42,871 nt of DNA from Chiloscyllium plagiosum (lineage: Eukaryota): NCBI RefSeq assembly GCF_004010195.1, contig NC_057718.1, positions 63,470,012-63,512,882 on the forward strand. The letters are read 5' to 3'. Shown one piece after another: positions 1 through 11,835 of this stretch (the stretch's first letter is position 1; every line of letters begins with the position of its first letter). The position numbers and the translations under genes were made by a program. Under the pieces are notes generated by a model, which worked only from the letters and a program-made list of their open reading frames with translations, made no database searches and was not told the DNA's origin.

Positions 1-1060
1 TATGAAGGTTGGTGGAGTTGTGGATAGTGTGAAAGGGTCATGTAGGTTGCAACCGGACATTGACAGGATGCAGAAATGGGCTGATAAGTGGCAGATGGAG
101 TTCAACCTGGCAAAGTTGTGAAGTGATTCACTTTGGAAAGCCAAATTTGAATGTAGAATACAGGGTTAAAGGCGGAATTATTGGCAGTGTGGAGGAGCAG
201 AGGGATCTTGGCGTCCATGTCCAAAGATCCCTTAAAGTTGCCACCCAAATTGATAGGGTTGTTAAGAAGGCATATAGTGTGTTGGTTTTCATAGCAGGGG
301 GACTAAGTTCAAGAGTTGCAAGGTTATAGAGCTCTGGTCAGACCACACTTGGAATATCATGTTCAGTTCTGGTCGCCTCATTATAAGAAAAATGTGGAAG
401 CTTTAGAAAGGGTGCAGAGGAGATTTACCAGGATGCTGCCTGGACTGGATGGCATGTCTTATGATGAAAGGTTGAGGGAGCTATGGCTTTTCTCATTGGA
501 GCGAAGAAGGATGAGAGGTGACTTGATAGAGGTGTACAAGATTATAAGAGGCATAGATAGAGTTGTTAGCCAGAGACTTTTTCCCATTGCAGAAATGTCT
601 ATCATGACGGGACATATTTTTAAGGTAATTGGAGGGAATGTTTAGGGGAGATTTCAGAGGTAGATTCTTTACACAGATAATGGTGGGTGCGTGAAATGCA
701 CTGCCAGCAGTGGTACTAGAGTCTGATATATTAGGGACATTTAAGCGACTCTTGGATAGGCATATGGAAGATGGTACAATGATGTCTATCATGACGGGAC
801 ATATTTTTAAGGTAATTGGAGGGAATGTTTAGGGGAGATTTCAGAGGTAGATTCTTTACACAGATAATGGTGGGTGCGTGAAATGCACTGCCAGCAGTGG
901 TACTAGAGTCTGATATATTAGGGACATTTAAGCGACTCTTGGATAGGCATATGGAAGATGGTACAATGAAGGGGATGTAGGTTAATCTGATCTTAGAGTA
1001 GGATAAAAGGCCGACGCAACATTGAGGGCCAAAGGGCTTCTACTGTGCTGTACTGTTCTA
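1..1060 (+). mobile_element. CR1/HER1-type LINE 3' part (degenerate RT C-terminus and 3' UTR)
   Basis: Peptides LVRPHLEYHVQFWSPHYKKNVEALERVQRRFTRMLPG and LFSLERRRMRGDLIEVYKI are CR1 ORF2 hallmarks. The element ends ctgtgctgtactgttcta. Confidence 0.92.
595..968. repeat. Perfect 187-bp tandem duplication
   Basis: 595-781 and 782-968 are identical by eye. Confidence 0.93.
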
Positions 1061-1379
1061 AAAGAATGTGTCATTAAAAAATTCAAGTTTATGAAGGAAT
1101 TTGACAGGATGTTTACAGTAAGGTTGATTCCCCTGTCTTTGGAGTTCTAGAATAAAGTGGCACAATTTAGGATAAGGGGCTGAACCTTTAGGAGTCAGAT
1201 CAGGAGAAAATTTTTTATCATTTCAAGGGGTGTGAATCTTTGGAATTCTTTATGTTAGGCGGTTCTGGATGTGTCATGATTGAATCTATTTAAGGCTAAG
1301 ATAGATTCTTGGTCGATTAGGAAATCAAGGGATGGTAGGCGAGTGGGAATGTAGACTTTACGCCGATGATCAGTTACCA

Positions 1380-1617
1380 GGTGTCCCGGTTTCCTCCCAC
1401 AGCCCAAAAATGTGTAAGTTAGGCAGATTGGCCAAAGGAAATGCCCTGTGGTGTCTGGAAATGTGCAAGCTAAGTGGGCTAGCCATGGGAAATGTGGGGT
1501 TACAGGTTGGGGTGGGGGCAGGAGCGTGGGGCGAGTTCTGGATGGGATGCTCTTCAGAGGATCGATGTAGACTCATGGGTCAAATAGCCTCTTTCTGCAC
1601 TAGAAGGATTCTATGAT
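1380..1617 (+). mobile_element. Old HE1-like SINE, 3' portion
   Basis: ccggtttcctcccacagcccaaaaatgtg...ggattctatgat resembles the younger HE1 copies in this window. Confidence 0.7.
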
Positions 1618-1770
1618 CACACTAAACAGCAAAGCAGGGTTGATGGGGCATATAGTTTTTCTCTGCTCCTATTTCGTGTATTTTTACTTTTATGATTGAA
1701 ATTGAACAGTTTTGTTCCACTGCAAAAGCTGTATGGAAATTTATACCATTAGTACTGACAACCATGTTGT

Positions 1771-1980
1771 GTCTAAAAGTGTGGCGCTGTAAAATCACAG
1801 CAGGTCAGGCAGCATTCGAGGAGCAGGAGAATTGATGTTCCAGACATAAAACCTTCATGAAGGGCTTATGCTTGAAACGTTGACTCTCCTGTTCCTTAGA
1901 ATTTGCCTGACCTGTTGTGCTTTTCCAGCTCCACACTTTTAGACTTTGACTCCCCAGCATCTGCAGTCCTCACTTTCTCC
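1771..1980. mobile_element. Penelope-like terminal-repeat palindrome (hairpin 1771-1944 plus 3' tail)
   Basis: The arms are symmetric about ccttca|tgaagg (1857/1858). The right arm and tail match the Penelope terminal repeat at ~24606-24720. Confidence 0.85.
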
Positions 1981-2223
1981 AAAGGATAAAGATTGGTGTT
2001 TCCAAGAAGATTCTGTATGTCTAGGATCATTGCTGGTCCTCAATAGAGTTAATTTGAGTAAGTCACTCTCTACTGGGACCATTATGCCGAACTACGAAAG
2101 CTTTACAAATCATGTTTATACTTCTCAATTTCTTCTGTATTTAAATATGCTTGCTTCATTTAATTGACGAGGGTAATGCAGGATCTAATGCATTATAAAA
2201 TGGCCAATGTCATAAACTCCTAC

Positions 2224-2312
2224 CTGCAAGACCCGAGCAGTTGAGAGGTTGATGGGAAGACCTCTGAAAGTGTACGGTAACAAGGCACGGCTACACCAGT
2301 AAAGAAAACAAC
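2224..2312 (-). CDS. PDE10A: PDE10A-family internal exon, 89 nt
   Basis: Reads tttttcttttacacAG|GTTGTTTTC...TCTTGCAG|GTagga. It translates to VVFFTGVAVPCYRTLSEVFPSTSQLLGSC(R), which aligns to PDE10A [30 protein letters not shown]. The next exon was not found in 1-2223. Confidence 0.92.
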
Positions 2313-2375
2313 CTGTGTAAAAGAAAAATATTTAGCTCTTCAAACTCCCTTGAAGATCAGCTTGGCGGTTTATGT

Positions 2376-2975
2376 GTGGAACTCCAATATGGATGAGATA
2401 TCAAAATGAATATTTTGTGTCAGTATTTACTGTGGAGAAGTACCTGGCAGCCAGGGAACTTAGACAAATAAAAATTGATGTCTCGTAGACAGTTCATATT
2501 ACTGAGTCTTAAAACGCATAAACGTAGATAAATCCCCAGGACCTGATCGGATGTTCCCCAGAACCTTGTGGGAAGCTAGGGAAGAGATTGCTGGGCCCAC
2601 TGCTGAGGGGTGACCTTATTGAGGTTTATAAAATCATGAGGTGCATGGATACACTGAACAGCCAAGATCTTTTTCCTAAGGCTGTGTCCAAAACTAGAGG
2701 GCATTGGTTGAAAGTGAGAGGGGAAAGATTTAAAAAGGATCCAAGATATAACATTTTCACACAAAGGATGGTGCATGAATGAGCTGCCAGAGGAAGTGGT
2801 GAAGGTGAGTACAATTACATTTAAAAGGCACCTGGATGGGTACATGAATAGGAAGGATTTGGGGGATATGGGCCAAGTGCTGGCAAATGGGACTAGATCA
2901 GGTGGGGTTCTAATCAGCGTGGGTGAGTTGGACCAAAGGATCTGTTTCCGAGCTGTATGACTCTATAATTCTATA
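2376..2975 (+). mobile_element. CR1 LINE fragment with a large internal deletion
   Basis: Upstream-of-RT sequence (aaatccccaggacctgat...gaagagattgctgggcc) is joined at ~2602 directly to LRGDLIEVYKIM and the 3' UTR ending ctctataattctata. Confidence 0.8.
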
Positions 2976-3084
2976 TAATAAAATATGTTGACACAGTTTT
3001 TTCAAAGAACAAAGAGAACAAAGAAAATTTACAACCCAGGAACCCTTCAGCCCACTAAGCCTGAGCAAATCCAAATCCACTGTC

Positions 3085-3355
3085 ATCAGACAGATAATCT
3101 AGAGGTCTAGGCTAACGCTCTGGGCTCATGGTTTTAAATTCCACCATAGAAACTGGTAGAATTTACATTTAATTAATAATTAACAAATCTAGAATTAAAA
3201 GCTAGTTTAATAGTGACTGCTAAAAAATTGTCAATTGTCATAAACAAACCCATACACAAATGTCCTTTAGGAGAGGAAATCTACCACCCTTACCTAGTGT
3301 GGCCTACATATGACTCCAGACCCACAACAATGTAGTTAAAGCTTATTTTCCCCTG
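3085..3355 (+). mobile_element. Old SINE fragment
   Basis: ggaaatctaccacccttacctagtgtggcctacatatgactccagacccacaacaatgtagtt resembles a common shark SINE as recalled. Its 5' part is related to the minus-strand sequence at ~7150-7240. Confidence 0.55.
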
Positions 3356-3442
3356 AAAGCCACTCACTCGTGTCAAACCACTACAAAGTTTGAAGCACTT
3401 TTTTAGGTTCAAATCACAAGTAACATTCTGTCATTGCATCAA

Positions 3443-4222
3443 GTGATCTATATGGACTTCAGTAAGGCGTTCGACAAGGTTCCCCATGGGAGACTGATTG
3501 GCAAGGTTAGGTCTCACGGAATATAGGGAGAACTAGCCATTTGGTTACAGAACTGGCTCAAAGGTAGAAGACTGAGGGTGGTGGTGGTGGAGGGTTGTTT
3601 TTCACACTGGAGGCCTGTGACTAGTGGAGTGCCACAAGGATCGGTGCTGGGCCCTCTACTTTTTGTCATTTGCATAAATGATTTGGATGCGAGCATAAGA
3701 GGTACAGTTAGTAAGTTTGCAGATGACATCAAAATTGGAGGTGTAGTGGACAGATTACAATAGGATCTTGACCAGATGGGCCAATGGGCTGAGAAGTGAC
3801 AGATGGAGTTTAATTCAGATAAATGCGAGGTGCTGCATTTTGGGAAAGCAAATCTTAGCAGNNNNNNNNNNNNNNNNNNNNNNNNNNNNNNNNNNNNNNN
3901 NNNNNNNNNNNNNNNNNNNNNNNNNNNNNNNNNNNNNNNNNNNNNNNNNNNNNNNNNNNNNNNNNNNNNNNNNNNNNNNNNNNNNNNNNNNNNNNNNNNN
4001 NNNNNTGGTACGTGTATGGAATGAACTGCCAGAGGAAGTGGTGGAGGCTGGTATAATTGCAACATTTAAGAGGCATTTGCATGGGTATATGAATAGGAAG
4101 GGTTTAGAGGGGCAGGGGCTGGGTGTTGGCAAGTGGGACTAGACTGGGTTGGGATATCTGGTCGGCATGGACGGGTTGGACCAAAGGGTCTGTTTCTGTG
4201 CTGTACATCTCTATGACTCTAA
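3443..4222 (+). mobile_element. CR1 LINE RT and 3' end
   Basis: Encodes [27 protein letters not shown] and KFADD, and ends ctctatgactcta. Confidence 0.92.
3862..4005. other. Assembly gap (144 N)
   Basis: Run of N inside the CR1 copy. Confidence 0.99.
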
Positions 4223-4484
4223 GTCCTTATTAAATTTTAATTACTTAATTTTTAATTATCAAAATCGTGAAGACTAATAAGGAAAATGATTGGATTATTA
4301 AAAATGGAGAACAGATGGACAACATAGTCATCATGCAGGCCATGAAGATTACTTCTATGTATAGAATAAATTGACAGAAATGACCAAACTAAACTATACT
4401 ATACTTGTTTCACTGTTGAAATCCAACAGTAGAACATCTTCTTTTGGGGGACTTGACCTAAGTGAGGACAGTTTTAAATACAGA

Positions 4485-4692
4485 TGTTGAGTCACGCAGC
4501 ACTGAAGCAGGCCCTTCAGTCCAACCTGACTAAACCAGTCCCATTTGCTTACACTTGGTATATATCCTTCTAAACAGTTTCTATTCATTTACCTGTCCAA
4601 ATGTCTTTTAAATGTTGTAACTACACATACATTTACCACTTCCTCTGGTAGTTCATTCCACATATGCACCACCCTCTACATGAAAAGGTTGC
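4485..4692 (-). mobile_element. CR1 LINE 3' end fragment
   Basis: Reverse complement of the same 3' region seen at 2760-2960 and 4006-4222. Confidence 0.8.
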
Positions 4693-5823
4693 ACAAGCTT
4701 TACTTTCTACTTGTACAAAGTAGACGTGCCACTTGTGGGCAGTGGTAAAGTCCCCCCTGCTGTCACCACCACCACCACCTTTACAACCCTCCAGGTCTGG
4801 CCCCACATTTTATAAACCTTTGGGATCTCCAGGGATTTTGGTCTTTGTTTTTTTTTGGTCACTTTTCAGCCTCACCTGTCCACCTCAATGACATCTTTAC
4901 ATTTATGTGAAAGTGGGTAGTGATGTTGAAATCTGCACAGAGTTCATGTAGGCAGGAGGAACAACTGCTGTAATGGAAGATGTTAAGTGAGGAAAGAGAT
5001 GTCAGCCGTTATGGTGTGTATCAATTAGTCAACTATTCGAATGAGGTATTAGCAACAGTGAAGAAGAATGTGGGGCATTACCAAACGTTATGCAATACTA
5101 TTGCGATACTGTAGTTTGGAAACTGTTTATAAGTTAAAGGCACTGAATCTATTAAGTCTTGAGTTATTAGTGAGTTCGTTAATTTCTTTGTTACAAAAGT
5201 TAGACCACTGATGAAGTTTCTCTACAAACAATGAAGGGGGGAGTTCAAAGAACTGTAACAGTTATGAGTCCGAGGATGGAATGTAGTGCCAAAATAGTGG
5301 CATTTAATTGGGCAGAAAGGTGGTACATGGACACCTTGTTCTTTTCCCTGATTAAAACTGGACTGGACAGACTCTTCCATGAACCTTCCCGCCTTGCACT
5401 CCCAATTCTGGAGGCTAGAATTTCCTTTTTTGGGGCACTTGATTCCTGGAAAACCTGCCATTATTCAACTCACACCCTGACTAAAGACCAGGCCTTCCCA
5501 AAAGTAAGCAACATGGGGCTCTTGTTGGCAGGCGAGACCCCCTGTCATCAACATCAAATTTAATCTCTGGATTTTATGGAAGTTATGAAGAAAGACACTT
5601 CAATTTCTTTCTCTAAATCACAATGCAGATTGTAAAATATTGAGTGTGTGCACCTGCAAGAAATTCACTTAAACCTTAAGCAAGGATGATCACATTCTGT
5701 GCCAGGCAGGATGGTTAACGAAGCACTTTAGACTGCCTACATCAAAGCAAATGCACAACACTAACCATTGATCAATCACAACTTTCTAAACAGTGAAAAT
5801 TTCAAAGACAAGTTGTTATTTAC

Positions 5824-5904
5824 CTGGCCACTAGGGATTTCATCATTTTTCTCCCTGTCCATCATAGGGATCGGTTGCATTCCCATTCTTTTCATGTCGT
5901 CACC
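5824..5904 (-). CDS. PDE10A: PDE10A-family internal exon (invariant Gln), 81 nt
   Basis: Reads gttttgcatgtAG|GGTGACGAC...GGCCAG|GTaaat. It translates to [27 protein letters not shown], phase 0/0. Confidence 0.95.
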
Positions 5905-6544
5905 CTACATGCAAAACACCATTTGATTTAATTAACAGAAATTGAAATAAAGCTAATTATGATTATTAATTTCCATTATTCTAATCTTACTTCTCAATCA
6001 TTATAAAGAGTACATATTGGTTTAAAAACAAAAACTTTGAAAATAATTTATACAAACTATCTTAACTTATGATCATGTTTCCCACCTAACAGAAATATTA
6101 CTTCTTACTAGCCTATGATTCTCTCTCTTTTGGTTTGCTTAAATTGATCATATTATTGACCAACATTGTGAAACTGGGTAAAGTGCTCTTCTACATTGAA
6201 AAACATTGATATTCAGCTTTGACTATGCTAATTATTCCCTGCTATTTATTCTTGCCATTGAATTAAAACTCAGAAATCTGATGCCTTGGTTCAAAGCTTT
6301 AACAAACTGCTGAAGTTTAAAGGGCTTTAATATATTTAGTTCTGGAAATTCTGCTTGCACAGTTCTGCTCTTAAGAATGCTTGGGTGAATTCCAAATTCT
6401 GCAAACAGACTGATTTTTGCAGTGGTTCTTGATATGGCCATTCTATGGTATCTAATTACGTATAAGTGGCTGAGGTCCGACATAATCAATGGATTCAACT
6501 CTGCAAGCCTTACTGATACAGCTATCAAGGGTTTTTTAAAATCA

Positions 6545-7240
6545 TTTTTCATAGGATGTGGGCATTGCAAGCAAGGTAAATATCCGTTACCCATCATTAT
6601 TTTCCATTGAATGGAATGGTTTGCTCGACCATTTCCAAGATCAATGAAGAACTAACTACATTTCTATATATTCTGAATCACAGTTAGGCCAAACCAGGTA
6701 AGAAAGGTAGATTTCTGCAGACAGTAAGGAACAAAATTGTGGGCGGCACAGTGGCACAGTGGTTAGCACTGCTGCCTCACAGCGCCAGAGACCCGGGTTC
6801 AATTCCCGCCTCAGGCGACTCTCTGTGTGGAGTTTGCACGTTCTCCCTGTGTCTGCGTGGGTTTCCTCCAGGTGCTCCGGTTTCCTCCCACAATCCAAAA
6901 ATGTTCAGGTTAGGTGAATTGGCCAAGTTAAATTGCCCGTAGTGTTAGATGAAGGGGTAAATGTAGGGGAATGGGTCTGGGTGGGTTGCGCTTCAGCGGG
7001 TCGGTGTGGACTTGTTGGGCCGAAGGGCTTGTTTCCACACTGTAAGTAATCTAATCTAATCTAACTATTCAAAATTAGCTTTATGATATGCTATGATAGT
7101 TTATGGCTGCTGTGATTATAAGTAGCTTTCAATTCCTTATGCCTTCAAGTTGCCATGGTGGAATACGAATCCACGGTATCAAAGCATTAGCCTGGTTCTC
7201 TGGATTACTAGTCCAGTGACATGATCAATAGCACCGCCAT
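6545..7240 (-). mobile_element. Old SINE interrupted by a younger HE1 copy
   Basis: Tail-like ttcataggatgtgggcattgc at ~6548 resembles the LINE end at ~37603. Head-like cattagcctggttctctggattactagtccagtgac lies at ~7185-7220. Confidence 0.5.
6741..7064 (+). mobile_element. HE1 SINE, full length
   Basis: tRNA-derived head with A box GTGGCACAGTGG and B box GGTTCAATTCC, and a (TAATC)n tail. Near-identical to 26717-27037. Confidence 0.93.
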
Positions 7241-8632
7241 CTCTTGACCGCTTTATGACCACTTAAAGGCTTTTTTTTTAACGTAGTTTTTGAATGATGG
7301 TTTTGATCTTTAGTTTATCTTCAGGTTTCTGGGCATCTGAAAAACTTCCTGATATTGTCAAGGGGCTTAAGAATTCTGCTTATAATGGATAAGTGGGAAT
7401 GGAATGTGTTCTGAAGGGAGTACATTGTGGATATGTGGATGTGGCATGAGTGTGTGGAAGGGGTAAGGGTGGAAGACAAATATAGGTATCTTGTGGATTT
7501 CGTGGTGTGAGCAGAATATGGAAGATATCAAAGAGATGTGGCAGCAAGGGCACGTGAGGTGAGCATAGGTGGCAGGAGGTGCATAGCATTGCAGGGATGA
7601 TGAGGGAGAGGTGGATGAAATGGAGACAGGCCTTCCTCCCTGCCCAAGTTGCATCAGTATGCCTCTCCTTCCTCCTTGGGCCTGCTTTTGGAGATGTTGG
7701 TCCAAAATTCAGGCTGTTCCTCATGCCTCAACATAAATATAACATTGGTGGGCACTGCCAGGCAGGGGGTAGACTCATATTATTGGGAAATGGCCTGACT
7801 TACAATTCTGACTTCAAGGAAGAAATCCAGCTTTACTGGGTCCATGGAATCCTTCACCACTCATGGGTATGAGGTTGAGAATAAAAGTTGGTTTAAGAGA
7901 AAGACATTAATATTAAAAAGAAAGAGAAATATAAAAAAGATTTGCAAGGAATGGGGTTACAGAGAGAGAGAGCAGCAGCATCAGGGCCTGAATAGTATGA
8001 GCTGTAACTTGTATAACTCAATATATATTCTGCTTCTTTGAGATTAAACTCAGGCAGAGATCTAGAAATGTTGGCAGAATCTTGTAACCTCCCCATAGTG
8101 TATTTTGTGGTGGGGAGGCATTTCGTTAGTTGGAAATGTGGTAGTTGGAGACCTCTGGTAAAGTCCATGGTGGGAAGGCCCATGAGTGGACTTCCTACAC
8201 CACTGCCTGGTGAGGCTCATAACTCAGCACTTAACAGCCTCATCCCACTGTCACTGTATTCCTTAGAGGAATTTCTTGAAACGCCACATCTACTACCTTT
8301 TGTGGAATCATTAGTTGTGTTATATTCACCAAACAATTTGATATATGTACCAAATACAAATTAGTTCGCCATTGAGAGTTGTCCATAGTATATAGAACCA
8401 GAGTGCAAAAAGGTAGGCCCTAGTGAAGGTTCATTAATTGAGTAGCTTAATCAAAGCTGCTTACGGTTTTACAGTAATGACCTGTGGTTACAGGTAGGAT
8501 TACAACTGATCACATCTAGGGTACTAGGACATTGCAGCTGCACCTGTTTTAGAATATCGCTGCAGTGACTCAGTCTGGGTGTTGTTTACTATTATCGAGT
8601 CTGTTATTAAGAATGTTAGAAAAGGCATATAC

Positions 8633-8744
8633 CTCTCCCCAGAATTCAGCATAAATATCATCAGTTGTTGCCCTGCAAACTGGCCATAACTTGGTGACGG
8701 AGCAGAGATCACAAGCTGTCATCATTAAACCAATCACCTTGTCT
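8633..8744 (-). CDS. PDE10A: PDE10A-family internal exon (ACD metal ligand), 112 nt
   Basis: Reads cttctctttcaacAG|AGACAAG...GGAGAG|GTatat. It translates to (R)[37 protein letters not shown], phase 2/0. Confidence 0.96.
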
Positions 8745-9479
8745 CTGTTGAAAGAGAAGTAAAATAAAACTGAAAAATGAATCAGTCCAGAAGATTATGG
8801 TCAGTGCATTACATATCTGATACCCCTAATTTTGATGTATTTGTCCATCAGAAATGTATTCTTTGCAAATTCCTATTTATTCAGCAGCAAAAGCTTTCTA
8901 CACTGTGTATCATCCCAGTTGTTTTTAATTCCTTCTCACAAAAGTGTTTCACATTAACAAAGGAAATGCAAGAAATATATAACAGGCACATTAGGCTCAA
9001 TGGCCACAATAGTGCTATAGTTTCTTTGACTCCATGAACAGGGGTTTGCTCCAGGTGTAATGAGAACATATGCAGGTTTTCCTTTCGAGGATAGAAAAAT
9101 TAGAACAAAGTAGATTACACGATTTCATAAACTGTTTAAAAATTATAATATTTTTTAACAATTTACTTTATGAATGCTTATCTTCAATGGCCAGCAGGTT
9201 TAGCAGAGAACATACATTTATGAACACCAAAAGAATGGAGTTGGGGGGGTGGGGCAGGAAATCCTTTTTTTGTTACGTACAGGTTGTTAGAACGTGGAAT
9301 ACCCCACCACCAGAAACAGCGATAGTAACATAATCCGTACTAGAGTAACAGATTTTAAAAAAGGAAAAGGGGTTAAAAACATAGAGAAAAAGGAACCAGA
9401 AAAATAGAATTCCAGAATGCAGAAAAAGGACATTTGTCCCATTGAGCCTGCCCTAACCTTTCAAAAATCATTTTATTGG

Positions 9480-9757
9480 ACCCAGCACCCCTCAACCCTA
9501 TCCAGTAACCCCTCTATTTACCATGGCTAATCCACCTAACCTTGGGACACTGCAAAACATTTTAGCATGGCCAATGCACCTAACTTGTACATCTTTGGAT
9601 AATGATGGCAAACTGAGAACCGAGCGGAAACTCAGACATCCAGCAGACAGAGGGAGAATGTGCAAACTCCATACAGACAGTTGCCCAAGGCTGGAATCGA
9701 ACCTGCGCCGCTGGCGCTAAGGCAGCTGTGCTAATCAGTAGGTCACATTGTTGCCCC
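9480..9757 (-). mobile_element. Old HE1-like SINE
   Basis: gagaatgtgcaaactccatacagacagttgccc...gaatcgaacc matches the HE1 reverse complement with many substitutions. Confidence 0.75.
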
Positions 9758-10035
9758 AAATGGAGGAACAGCTCTCAACTGTGACACCAGCAATTCATGC
9801 AAATGTGCTAACCACTACACCATCAAAACGGTACAAGAAAGAAAATGGATGGATTGATCTTTAAACCTGATAGGACAAAGAAATTCTAGACTATAAAATT
9901 GTGATTCGAGATGTTCGCTGCTCCATGAAAATATGTACTGGCAATGCTCATGTCAACCAGCTGAAGACTGGGCAATTTTTAAATTTGAACATGTGACTCT
10001 GAACCTTGGAAACTCAGCTCCTTATGTAGACTACA

Positions 10036-10358
10036 AGATTAGATTAGATTAGATTACTTACAGTGTGGAAACAGGCCCTTCGGCCCAACAAGTCCACACC
10101 GACCCGCCGAAGCGCAACCCACCCATGCCCCTACCTTTACCCCTTTAACCTAACACTACGGGCAATTTAGCATGGCCAATTCACCTGACCCGCACATCTT
10201 TGGACTGTGGGAGGAAACCGGAGCACCCGGAGGAAACCCACGCAGACACGGGGAGAATGTGCAAACTCCACACAGTCAGTCGCCTGAGTCGGGAATTGAA
10301 CCCGGGTCTACAGGCGCTGTGAGGCAGCAGTGCTAACCACTGGGCCACCGTGCCGCCC
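10036..10358 (-). mobile_element. HE1 SINE, full length
   Basis: Reverse complement of the 6741 copy, with an (AGATT)n tail on the left. Confidence 0.93.
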
Positions 10359-11492
10359 AGACTGGGAAGACTTCAAAGTAAAAGAGGACTGTCAGAAATG
10401 ATCAGTAGGTCTAAGAGTACCTGTGTAGAGAGAAACAGAGTTAACTATTCTGATCTGCAACCTTGCATTCGAACTTCAAAAGTTAGAAATGTTATAGGTT
10501 TTGAGTGAATTGAAAGAGCAAAGCAGGAAGGAGAACAAAAGAGAAGATTTCTGACAGGAAAAGACAAAAGGAATCAAATGACAATAGGTTTCATGGTGCA
10601 AGGCCAAATGGAGTGGTAATAGAACAAGAGAAAAGACTACTTGAATAGAAAAGATGCGAATAGCAGATCCTGTATAACAGCTGTCTGAAAGTAAAGCCAA
10701 GGAGAGGAAAGAGAAAACAAAGATAAAATGAAACAAAAATTAAGGTTATAATAGAAAATTGCTGACATTTTGCAAAGTATTCAGTTGGAAGATGGAGTGA
10801 TGTTTCTCAAATTTCCATTACTTTTCATTTGAACAGTACAGCAGGCCAGGAACAAAGTGGATTTATTTCCCTCTTATTTCCTTGGCTTGCTGTGGATAAA
10901 GATTTTACAGGACCTACTACTCTATCTCTGCTTAAAATTGTGACGCAAGGTGTATGATTTCTCTATGTTAATACAAATTATTTTAGAGTTTCGATATGAG
11001 CTAGTTGCACGTGGCTGCCGGTCCGTATTTCTCAAGGAGTCTAGTCAATAACTTGTAAGAATTTTTGTAGCTGTGGTGATTTCTCTGAAAAAGCAGTAGA
11101 GCTCCTGGTGTGAACTGGAGTTTTAATTATGTTGGAAGTGTTCTTAGGAACAAATAAACATTTGTACATTCAACTTTCAGTTTAGAAGCTCAAAGATTGT
11201 TTTAATTCGGGGAAACATCATAGCTTGGAAAAGCTTTTGGGTTTCAGTTTTGGCAATTTTGCAGAAGTCTTGGTTGAATCTGGATATGTAAAACAGTTGC
11301 TCCTGAGCATTCAGAACTGTTAAGAAATAGGTCACCTCAGTATAAGGAGTTTAGATTAAAATTTCCAGATTGGAAGTGTTTGGTTAACACTCTTAGAGGG
11401 TTCTGTAGTATTGAGAACCAAAGAAGGGCTGTTGGATTTTCAAAATCATGAAACTGAAATCACAGCTATATCTTTAGCCTTGGACAATAAAC

Positions 11493-11835
11493 TTGATTTG
11501 ATTTGATTGATTGTAGTCACACGTAGCTAAGTACAATTGGTTCTGCTTTTATGCGTGTTTCTTCAACGCAAATTGGCTTAATGTGATTGAAGAATTTAGA
11601 CTGTAATTTGTAGAATGTGAACTTTCCTTACCTCTATTGGCTATAACGTAATTCTGGCCTCATTAGTTTAAATCATGTCGCTGTTGTGCGATTTTCTTGT
11701 AACGTAAGATTGCACGAGAATGGAACTATCGCATTATATCAGAACAAACTGGGTAGTGAGAAGCTTTTGTTCATGAGCAGTACAGGCAGATCATAGTAAG
11801 CAACAACATACAGATCACAGGGTGCTTAGACAGAA
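11493..11835 (-). mobile_element. Rex1/Babar-like LINE 3' tail fragment, split by a MITE
   Basis: (ttgat)n...gtcacacgtagctaagta and gtgagaagc...cagtacaggcagatcata mirror the tail at 25770-25838. Confidence 0.6.
11534..11751. mobile_element. Tc1/mariner-Tigger-like MITE (218 bp)
   Basis: Imperfect 22-bp TIRs caattggttctgcttttatgcg / cgcattatatcagaacaaactg. It is preceded by TA; the right TA is not cleanly retained. Confidence 0.7.

Noticed and set aside
3514..4142. Long ORFs spanning X runs
   Set aside because: Artefacts of translating through the N gap inside a CR1 fragment.
6741..6815. tRNA-like sequence with A and B boxes (also at 26717 and in the reverse copies)
   Set aside because: It is the head of HE1 SINEs and continues into the SINE body and tail, so it is not a tRNA gene.
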